The notes beneath the pieces are model-generated. The model saw nothing but the letters and a program-made list of their open reading frames with translations. It ran no database searches and was not told the origin of the DNA. Shown here one piece after another: positions 1 through 7,069 of a stretch of 36,277 nt of DNA; within the stretch, counting starts at the first letter, position 1; each line of letters begins with the position of its first letter. This DNA is from Candidatus Parcubacteria bacterium. GTDB lineage: Bacteria; Patescibacteriota; Patescibacteriia; CAIXNZ01. Location: assembly GCA_026395675.1 (NCBI GenBank), contig JAPLYF010000049.1:1-36277 (forward strand). The letters run 5' to 3'. The position numbers and the translations under genes were made by a program.

Positions 1-2175
1 ATTGAAAATAAAATTCTGCAAAGTATAGTCCGCGAATATGAGCGGCTGGAAAGAAAGAATAGTTATTTGGCTGACGGATTAAGGAAAATTTTTACTGATT
101 TTAATAAAAATTACGACAGCAAGCTTTTTGAGCCAGATATAATTGATTCTGAAAAATTTGAGATAGTTGAATATGCGGTGGCAGAAGTCATAGATAATTT
201 ATATAAAACTAAAGCAGGTATCCGTTATAATTTTGACCAAATACCGGCTGATATCCTGGGCAGTATTTATGAGCAATATTTAGGCAATATCCAGAGGGAA
301 GGCGAAGCCAAGGACTCTAAAAGTAAAAGAAAGTCCCAGGGCATTTATTATACGCCTCGTTACATAGTTGATTATATAGTTAAGAATACTGTTGGCGAAT
401 ATATTAAAGATAAAAGTTTGCATGATGTACAAAAGATTAAAATTTTAGACCCTGCTTGCGGTTCCGGCTCGTTTTTAATTCGTGCTTTTGAAGAATTAGA
501 TAATTATTTGGAAAAAGAAAAAAATCAGACGCAAAAAGACGATTTTAAGGATTATTTGCGTAAAATCCAAATTTTAAGCGAAAATATTTATGGAGTTGAT
601 CTGGACGACGAGGCGGTTGAATTGACTCGCCTGAATCTGCTTTTGAAAACAGCAACCAGAAAACACCCGCTCCCTGATTTGGCCGGCAATATTAAAAATG
701 GCAATTCTTTGATTTCCGGCACTGAAGCGGAAATGAAAAAAATTTATGGTAAAAATTGGGAAGATTTGAAACCATTTGATTGGAATGAACAATTTAAAGA
801 TGTTTTTAAACAAGGTGGTTTTGATGTGGTTATTGGTAATCCTCCATATCTGAAAGAGTTAGATAATAAAAGAATTTTTGAACCCATTAAAAAATCAGAA
901 TATAAAAAATATTATCAAGGCAAAATGGATTTTTGGTATTTCTTTTTGCATAGGGCAATAGATGTAGTTAAAGAGAACGGCATTATTGGTTTTATTACGA
1001 ACAGTTACTTTTTAAAAGGCGCTGGGGCTTCAAAATTAAATGATAGGATTAAAAATGAATTGGTTATGATAAAAGCCATTGATTTAGACGACATCAAAGT
1101 TTTTGGCGATGTGAGCGGAAAACATATTATCCATATTTATCAAAAAAGAAAAGCCGAAAAAAATGATAAAACTTTATACGTTAAAGTTAATAAGGAAAAT
1201 TTTGTGGGCTTTATTGATGAGTCATTAGGTAAAAAAATACCCTATAAAGACATAATAAGTGATAGTAAAGTTAGTTTTGAATATGGTGATAAAATTAACT
1301 TTAATGACTGCATCCAACTCGGAGATATATATGATGTATCCCAAGGAGTAGTTGAAGCTAACGCCCAAATTAGTAGGAAATCTCTATTAGAATTAAAAGA
1401 CACAAAATTTAAAGCAGGAGAGGGTGTTTTTGTTTTATCCAAAAAAGAATTAAGCGGGCTTAATTTGAATTCAGATGAAAAAAACGTAATAAAAAAATAT
1501 CTAAACACAAGTGATGTCGGAAAATATTCAATTAATTTTCATAATCAATACCTTGTTTATTCTGACAAGGAAATTAAGTATAAAATAAAAAAAGGCGAGT
1601 TGCTACATTTAAAAGAACATCTTGATAAGGTAAAAAAATTTATTACTTCCTCAAATAAGCCCTACGGATTACACAGGCCGAGAGAACAAAAATATTTTGA
1701 AGAGCCTAAATTAATATGCAAAGGGATGTTTTTACATCCAGAATTTACCCTTGATCAAGATAAGTATTACATGGGTTTTTCATTTTCTGTAATAATTCAA
1801 AAAGATAAAAATTATTCCTTAAGATATTTACTTGGGATTTTAAATTCAAGATTGGGAGAATATTGGTTTAATATTAACGGCAAAAAGAGAGGTATTGGAG
1901 TTGATATTGGTGTGTTAGTATTTAGGAAATTCCCTGTTTTAACAGCAACAAAAGAGCAACAGCAAATGATTGAAAAATTAGTAGATAAAATGATTAAACT
2001 AAATCAAGAACTACAAAAAATTGACCCGATTATGGATAAGGAGAAGTATGAGAAAAAGAAAAAGGAGATTGAGGAGACGGATGGGGAGATTGATAAGTTA
2101 GTGTATAAATTATATAATCTCACGTCAGAAGAGATTAAGATTGTTGACCCAGCCGTTCGCGAACAGCTGGGTTGA
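1..2175 (+). CDS. N6-adenine DNA methyltransferase, Eco57I/TaqI-like (type II or IIG restriction-modification); 5' end lies outside the window
   Basis: The frame is open from nt 1, with no stop before the listed TTG at 67. SAM motif I ILDPACGSGSFL and catalytic motif IV VIGNPPY are present. The C-terminal specificity-like region ends in LYNLTSEEIKIV, typical of this family. Confidence 0.85.
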   Translation: MENKILQSIVREYERLERKNSYLADGLRKIFTDFNKNYDSKLFEPDIIDSEKFEIVEYAVAEVIDNLYKTKAGIRYNFDQIPADILGSIYEQYLGNIQREGEAKDSKSKRKSQGIYYTPRYIVDYIVKNTVGEYIKDKSLHDVQKIKILDPACGSGSFLIRAFEELDNYLEKEKNQTQKDDFKDYLRKIQILSENIYGVDLDDEAVELTRLNLLLKTATRKHPLPDLAGNIKNGNSLISGTEAEMKKIYGKNWEDLKPFDWNEQFKDVFKQGGFDVVIGNPPYLKELDNKRIFEPIKKSEYKKYYQGKMDFWYFFLHRAIDVVKENGIIGFITNSYFLKGAGASKLNDRIKNELVMIKAIDLDDIKVFGDVSGKHIIHIYQKRKAEKNDKTLYVKVNKENFVGFIDESLGKKIPYKDIISDSKVSFEYGDKINFNDCIQLGDIYDVSQGVVEANAQISRKSLLELKDTKFKAGEGVFVLSKKELSGLNLNSDEKNVIKKYLNTSDVGKYSINFHNQYLVYSDKEIKYKIKKGELLHLKEHLDKVKKFITSSNKPYGLHRPREQKYFEEPKLICKGMFLHPEFTLDQDKYYMGFSFSVIIQKDKNYSLRYLLGILNSRLGEYWFNINGKKRGIGVDIGVLVFRKFPVLTATKEQQQMIEKLVDKMIKLNQELQKIDPIMDKEKYEKKKKEIEETDGEIDKLVYKLYNLTSEEIKIVDPAVREQLG

Positions 2176-2218
2176 GGGTCATCCTTCGTCCCGCGGTGCG
2201 GGACTACGGATGGCAGGG
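2176..2218. repeat. GC-rich REP-like hairpin, family 1 (outer stem tcatcc/ggatgg, inner stem tcccgc/gcggga)
   Basis: Palindrome read directly. It has the same ..CCTTCG..loop..CTACGG.. architecture as copies at 6546, 6604, 6669, 6794, 21195, 26585 and 32791. Confidence 0.8.
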
Positions 2219-2253
2219 AAATAAAAACTGTTGATAAAAAGTTTGACATGTTT

Positions 2254-2283
2254 TTGGCATTATTGGGCGCATTATGTTATAAT
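2254..2283 (+). promoter_or_regulatory. Putative sigma70-like promoter (TTGGCA-18 nt-TATAAT); would give a near-leaderless mRNA for the Panacea-like gene
   Basis: Hexamers read in the sequence. The ATG at 2290 lies 6 nt after the -10 box. Confidence 0.35.
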
Positions 2284-2289
2284 AAAAAC

Positions 2290-2769
2290 ATGAATGAAGA
2301 CAAAAAAACAAAACAAATAATATCCTATATTGTGCAAAACCATGAGAATAGTTCAGTCACGACAATAATGAAGTTGTTATATTTGGTTGATTTGATTAGC
2401 GTTAAAAAAACAGGTAAAAAAATAACTGATTTTGAGTATTTAAGGTATAATTATGGTCCATTTGATAAGCAGATATATAAATATCTGGAAGCTTTGTTAG
2501 AAGAAAAAGTTATTATAAGCAAATTAGTTTATTCCTCTGAGGGGAATGAAAATATAATATATTCTCTAAATGAAGAATCGGATGATATCAATTTCAATGA
2601 AATCCAGAAAGACGAATTAGTTTTAATTGATAATTTGTTAAATGATGTTAGGGGCTATGGCGCTAAAGCTTTAACCGAAATTGCCTATAAAACAAAACCA
2701 ATGCAGGCATTGGGAGCTACCTTAGGCGGCAATGAATCAATAGGCGCAAAATTAGATTTGTCATTATAA
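2290..2769 (+). CDS. Panacea-domain (DUF4065/SocA-like) antitoxin-like protein
   Basis: The segment IMKLLYLVDLISVKKTGKKITDFEYLRYNYGPF matches the KLxKLLY...W/YxYGP signature of DUF4065. Start trimmed from the listed 2248 to the ATG at 2290 because the first 14 residues overlap the predicted promoter. The start choice is uncertain. Confidence 0.65.
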   Translation: MNEDKKTKQIISYIVQNHENSSVTTIMKLLYLVDLISVKKTGKKITDFEYLRYNYGPFDKQIYKYLEALLEEKVIISKLVYSSEGNENIIYSLNEESDDINFNEIQKDELVLIDNLLNDVRGYGAKALTEIAYKTKPMQALGATLGGNESIGAKLDLSL

Positions 2770-2773
2770 ATTT

Positions 2774-3289
2774 ATGGCTTTAAAAAATATATGGCATGGG
2801 CTTATTTTGCTGAAAGTAAAAGCCAGAAATTTATACCTAGACAGAAAATCAATTGAACAAAATACGGGAGTGCAAAAAATAAAATATAAATTAGCGGCTA
2901 ACGTTCTAAAGGATTTGCAAATATATCCTTTTTTTATTTTAAGATCGGAATTGACATGCAGCAGATATTTTGCTTTTCAAATCGATAGGGGAGATTGGCT
3001 TCAATCAAGAGGCGATTATTTAAATAAACCTTGTTCATACATTGATATCAGATGTCCTGAAATAATAGGGCAAAATGAATTATATTTAAAAATTAGGGAT
3101 AAAAGAAATTTTTTTTCAGTGGCGCGTTTAAAAGATTCTAAATATAATGAAATGGTTAATTTCGCCGAAAGAATTAAAATGACAAGCGATGTAAGGGATG
3201 AGACAAAAGGTTTGATTCTTAAAGAATTAACAGGCGATACCCAGGGGATAAATATTGATAATTTTTTGGAAAAATATAAATTAGAATAA
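2774..3289 (+). CDS. Hypothetical protein with no family recognised; candidate toxin partner of the Panacea-like gene
   Basis: 171-aa ORF starting 5 nt after the upstream stop on the same strand. No TM segment and no motif I recognise. Confidence 0.5.
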   Translation: MALKNIWHGLILLKVKARNLYLDRKSIEQNTGVQKIKYKLAANVLKDLQIYPFFILRSELTCSRYFAFQIDRGDWLQSRGDYLNKPCSYIDIRCPEIIGQNELYLKIRDKRNFFSVARLKDSKYNEMVNFAERIKMTSDVRDETKGLILKELTGDTQGINIDNFLEKYKLE

Positions 3290-3365
3290 ATTAAAAAACT
3301 CGCAAGAAAAATAAAACAAAAATTGCTTTGCCCCTTTGGGGAGGCAGTGGATTTTACTCTTTTTC

Positions 3366-3394
3366 TTGACTTTTATTAGCCGTTTTGGTAAATT
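3366..3394 (+). promoter_or_regulatory. Putative promoter (TTGACT-17 nt-TAAATT) for the AbiEi-like gene; leaderless arrangement
   Basis: Hexamers and spacing read directly. The ATG at 3401 is 6 nt after the -10 box. Confidence 0.4.
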
Positions 3395-3400
3395 GACAAT

Positions 3401-4006
3401 ATGGTCAAATTAGTGAATCAGACAATTTTTTCCTCTAAAATAAAGGGAAAAAAGCTATTTATTTTTACCGCGGCTGACATCCGCACGCTTTTTGGTATTT
3501 CTAAAGTAGCTGCAGCAGCCTTACTCCACAGATATAAGAAAAGAGGGTTTATTTTACAGGTAAAACGGGGACTTTATGTTTTTCCGGATCTTTTGCCGCC
3601 GGATGTTTATGTTGCCAACAAGCTTTACAGCCCGTCTTATATCTCGCTTGAATTTGCGTTAGCCTATCATCGGGTCATTCCAGAGACAGTTTACGAAATA
3701 ACTTCGGTTACAACAAAAGCCACTCGCCGATTTGATGTTAAAGCATTAAAGAAAATTTTTTCTTACCGCAAAATAAAAAAAACCGCTTATACCGGCTATG
3801 GCGTCCAAAAACAGAATGATATTAGTTTTTATATCGCTGATGCTGAAAAGGCATTTGTAGATGCCAATTATTTGCGGATGCGGAATAAGCAGAAGCCGAT
3901 TTCCCGCTTTGACAATGATAAAATTAACAAAGATAAAGCGCTCAAGTATGCTTATTTATTTGGCAATAAAAAACTTATTAGTATTATTAAAACAACACTT
4001 AAATAA
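3401..4006 (+). CDS. AbiEi-family (type IV toxin-antitoxin antitoxin / transcriptional regulator) protein, orphan
   Basis: N-terminal wHTH-like region FTAADIRTLFGISKVAAAALLHRYKKRGFILQVKRGLYVF, followed by SPSYISLEFALAYHRVIPE. Both are characteristic of AbiEi proteins. No AbiEii nucleotidyltransferase follows. Confidence 0.65.
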   Translation: MVKLVNQTIFSSKIKGKKLFIFTAADIRTLFGISKVAAAALLHRYKKRGFILQVKRGLYVFPDLLPPDVYVANKLYSPSYISLEFALAYHRVIPETVYEITSVTTKATRRFDVKALKKIFSYRKIKKTAYTGYGVQKQNDISFYIADAEKAFVDANYLRMRNKQKPISRFDNDKINKDKALKYAYLFGNKKLISIIKTTLK

Positions 4007-4054
4007 ATATTTGAATTTTGTAAAATTTGTAGAAGATTCGTAATTTTGTAGGGT

Positions 4055-5803
4055 ATGACTATCAACGATAAAATCAAACAGGAAATCGTTGGCCTTTTAA
4101 AAAAACAAAAGGTTAAGATTAAAATTGAGGAATTAGAAACACCGCCGTCAGCGGAAATGGGAGATTGGGCTTTGCCTTGTTTTAATTTGGCAAAAGAATT
4201 TAAACGTGCGCCGCAGGATATTGCTAAAGATTTTGCGCAAAATTTAAAACCCAGCGGTTTGATTATAAATTTCAAAAGCATTGGGCCTTATTTAAATTTT
4301 ATGATTGATGCCAGCAAGGTGGCAGAATTGGTTTTGAAAGAAATAAATAAAAGTAAAGGTAAATATGGGCAAAGCAAAATCGGTAAAAAAGAAAAGGTAA
4401 TGATTGAATATTCCCAGCCCAATACGCATAAGGAATTTCATGTCGGTCATTTGCGCAATGTTTGCATTGGCGCGTCTTTGGTTAATCTATACAAAAACTG
4501 CGGTTATAAAGTAATCAGCGCTAATTACCCGGCTGACAGTGGGGCGCATGTAGCCAAGACATTATGGTATTTGCAAAATTATACTAATCAAACAGATATT
4601 CCGTCTTTGCCAGAAGACCGCGGTGAATTTTTGGGCCAGACCTATGCGCGGGCAGTGGCAGAACTAACTGATCACCCAGAATTAAAGCCGCAAGTTCAGG
4701 ACATAATGTTAAAACTAGAAGCCGGGGATAAGGCCTTAATTAAATTATGGCAAGAAACCAGGCAATGGAGCTTGGACCAATTTAAAAAAATATATAAGGA
4801 ACTCGGGGTTGATTTTGATGTCTGGTTTTATGAAAGCGTGGAAGAAAAAGAAGGCAAAAAAATGTTACCTAAACTTTTAAAACATAATTTTATTAAAAAA
4901 AGCGAGGGCGCGATTATCGCTGATTTGGCCAAATATAATTTGGGCATTTTGGTTTTAATTCGTCAGGATGGAACAGCTTTATATGGCATTAAAGATATTG
5001 CTTTGGGAGTAAAAAAGTTTAAAAAATATAAAGTAAAAAAATCTATTTACGTGGTTGATACGCGGCAATCTCAATATTTAAAACAGATATTTAAAATTTT
5101 GGAATTAATGGGCTTTAAAAAAGCCATGATTCATGTGGCTTATGAATTTGTGGAATTAAAATCGGGCATAATATCTTCGCGCACTGGTAATATCGTGACT
5201 TATGAAGAAGTGAGGGATGTGGCTTTAAATAAAGTTTTGGCAGAAACTAAAGAGCGCCATTCTGATTGGAGCGAAAAGAAAATTATTGAAGTAAGTTTGA
5301 AAATTGTTCTGGCGGCATTGAAATTCGGCATGTTAAAAAGCGGCAATGATAAAGTCATAACTTTTGACATTAATGAGTCCCTTGATTTGAATGGCTTTAC
5401 CGGGCCTTATCTGCAATATACTTTGGCGCGTTTGAATTCTATTTTTAGGAAGATCAAAGGAATATCCGCCAGAGGCGCCGTGCCCGCCGGCAGGCAGGGA
5501 TCCGCCTTTGGCGGAAAAATTGATTATAAAAATTTGGCTGCGCTTATTGAAATTAAATTGATTAAAGATCTATTGGCATATCCTGATAAAATTTCAGAAA
5601 GTTTAAAATTAAATGACCCTTCGATTATTGCCCAATATTTATTTAAATTAGCCCAGGACTTTAATGCTTTTTATCATGAACTGCCGGTATTAAAATCAGA
5701 GCTTGATGTGCAGGCAGCACGGTTAGAATTGCTTTGGGCAATCGGACTGGTTTTAGAAAATGGTATGGGATTACTTGGTTTATCAATTTTGGAAGAGATG
5801 TAA
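4055..5803 (+). CDS. argS: Arginine--tRNA ligase
   Basis: HIGH motif HVGHLRN, class I catalytic core, and a C-terminal DALR-type anticodon-binding region (YLQYTLARLNSIFRK ... AARLELL). Length is typical. Confidence 0.93.
   Translation: MTINDKIKQEIVGLLKKQKVKIKIEELETPPSAEMGDWALPCFNLAKEFKRAPQDIAKDFAQNLKPSGLIINFKSIGPYLNFMIDASKVAELVLKEINKSKGKYGQSKIGKKEKVMIEYSQPNTHKEFHVGHLRNVCIGASLVNLYKNCGYKVISANYPADSGAHVAKTLWYLQNYTNQTDIPSLPEDRGEFLGQTYARAVAELTDHPELKPQVQDIMLKLEAGDKALIKLWQETRQWSLDQFKKIYKELGVDFDVWFYESVEEKEGKKMLPKLLKHNFIKKSEGAIIADLAKYNLGILVLIRQDGTALYGIKDIALGVKKFKKYKVKKSIYVVDTRQSQYLKQIFKILELMGFKKAMIHVAYEFVELKSGIISSRTGNIVTYEEVRDVALNKVLAETKERHSDWSEKKIIEVSLKIVLAALKFGMLKSGNDKVITFDINESLDLNGFTGPYLQYTLARLNSIFRKIKGISARGAVPAGRQGSAFGGKIDYKNLAALIEIKLIKDLLAYPDKISESLKLNDPSIIAQYLFKLAQDFNAFYHELPVLKSELDVQAARLELLWAIGLVLENGMGLLGLSILEEM
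5464..5517. repeat. Family 2 palindromic element inserted in frame in argS, in reverse orientation
   Basis: atccgccagaggcg...gatccgcctttggcggaaa is the reverse complement of the intergenic elements at 28218, 28629 and 31986 (tttccgccaaaggc...ggcggatc.gcctctggc.ga). It encodes about ISARGAVPAGRQGSAFGGK. Confidence 0.85.
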
Positions 5804-5826
5804 TTTTTCCATAAATTTAAAGATAA

Positions 5827-5852
5827 AACACGTCGCTCGCGAGCGACGTGTT
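5827..5852. repeat. Perfect 26-nt palindrome aacacgtcgctcgcgagcgacgtgtt; a related copy lies at 17275
   Basis: Read directly. It lies just after the argS stop and may also act as a transcript-end hairpin. Confidence 0.7.
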
Positions 5853-5860
5853 AAAAAAGA

Positions 5861-5890
5861 CCCCCATGATGGATTTTTCATGGGGGTTTT
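5861..5890 (+). terminator. Intrinsic terminator (cccccatga/tcatggggg stem plus T-tract) after argS
   Basis: 9-bp stem followed by TTTT. Confidence 0.7.
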
Positions 5891-6545
5891 GTATTTCATA
5901 AACTAGTCATAGCTTTTCCCTCGGGTGCGGGGATGCTCCATCTGGTGTTTAATCAGGATCAACAGTGAGGAGGGCACCTCCTCTGATTAAGTGTCCAGAT
6001 TTTGCCGTTTTTACCGGCTTAACATTCGTGCCAGGCAGGCAGTGGAGACAAGTTCCTAAGCAATAACGTTAATAATACTTTTTTTAGTAATTTGGTTTCC
6101 CAATTCGGGAAACATTAAGTTTTTAACGTCAGCTGCTTGAGAGACTCGTTTGGGCTATGCGGCAGTTAAGAATGATGGTTTTGAAGAATGAAAAACCACT
6201 CCCCGAAATTTCCTTACCTAGTTTATGTTCACAATAATGCAAAATGGCAGTGCAATTTAAGTTTAAGGAAAAATTTTTAAATTGGCAATAGGTGTTCTGG
6301 TTTTTCCACAGAAAATGATTTAAGGTGTTTAAAATTTTTAACAAAAAGCCGCTCTTTTTGTCATTCCGAACGCAGTGAGGAATCCAGGATTATTCGCCTG
6401 GCCCTGAATGACAGAGGCGGCTTTTTCTTTTCCTGTGCATAAATCATCTAATTCTTATTAACACATTTTACTTAGAAAAATCTCTTGTCAGCAAAAACAG
6501 GCATGTTATTTTTAAGGCAGAAGCTTGAGCCAAAATTAGCTTGGG

Positions 6546-6821
6546 CACCCTCCTTCGTCCCGTTCGGCGGGACTACGGAGGGCTAAGTAAAAAAAATATG
6601 AAAGCCCTCCTTCGCACAAGGCTACGGAGGGCAAAGGGGGAAAATTATGAAAAACAAAAAACAAAACAGTCATCCTTCGCTAAAGCTACGGATGACAAGA
6701 AAGGAGGAAAATTTAGTAGCACACCTAAATAATTTTTGGGTGTTTTTTTGTTCGGCTAAAGCCGAAACATGTACCTTGAAAACATACTAACAGATCCGCC
6801 TTCGTTAAAACTTCGGCGGAT
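6546..6821. repeat. Cluster of five family 1 REP-like hairpins (6546-6583, 6604-6632, 6669-6696, 6794-6821, plus the gttcggctaaagccgaac hairpin at about 6751)
   Basis: Each copy has a 6-7 bp GC-rich stem around a TTCG..AAGCTAC-type loop. Stem sequences differ between copies (ccctcc, gccctcc, gtcatcc, atccgcc). Confidence 0.85.
6721..6749 (+). terminator. Intrinsic terminator (acacctaa/ttgggtgt stem plus TTTTTT) with no annotated gene upstream
   Basis: 8-bp stem, 7-nt loop and a 6-T tract, read directly. Confidence 0.55.
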
Positions 6822-7069
6822 TTAGAAAGGAGAGTTATTGAGGAAAATATTTAAAGCGGCAAAGGCGCGTAACTAGTTAACCCAGAATCTAAAATTTTTT
6901 GCAGGAGGTAATTTATAGCAAAAGCAAAAGAGGTATGCGGTGTAGTTTAAACTCTGCTTGGCGCGACCTTTGGCACGCCAAAAAGAGATAGCTCTGCCTT
7001 AGTCTGGCCAAGTGCTGGACAAGGCAGAGCAAACCTTTTAACTTCTAACAAGACCGACGAGGAGCAAAA

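Noticed and set aside
3401-5803. AbiEii nucleotidyltransferase toxin expected downstream of the AbiEi-like gene
   Set aside because: The next gene is argS, 48 nt away. No NTase ORF exists on either strand, so AbiEi is treated as an orphan regulator.
6129-6344. 71-aa - strand ORF in the ORF-poor region
   Set aside because: No RBS, an odd composition, and it is isolated. Not supportable as a gene from sequence alone.
5893-6540. Looked for RNase P RNA, tmRNA, SRP RNA or 6S RNA on both strands
   Set aside because: I could not find the conserved cores: GGAAAGUCC-type CR-I for RNase P, a tRNA-like 3' end with CCA for tmRNA, or the GGAAGCAGCC-type SRP helix 8 motif. There are only weak, out-of-order resemblances (accggcttaac, gtgccagg).
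6541-6732. 63-aa TTG-initiated ORF (MGTLLRPVRRDYGG...)
   Set aside because: It is simply a read-through of four consecutive REP hairpins, with no RBS and a non-ATG start.
6546-6821. Possible CRISPR array, given the regularly recurring hairpin repeats
   Set aside because: The repeat sequences differ from copy to copy, spacing is irregular (about 58, 65 and 125 nt), the units are palindromic REP-like hairpins found all over the window, and no cas genes are present.
6850-7069. Cyclic-di-AMP (ydaO-type) or other riboswitch in the leader of the M23 hydrolase gene
   Set aside because: Hairpins are present, but none of the conserved ydaO sequence blocks could be recognised by eye. This needs a covariance-model scan.
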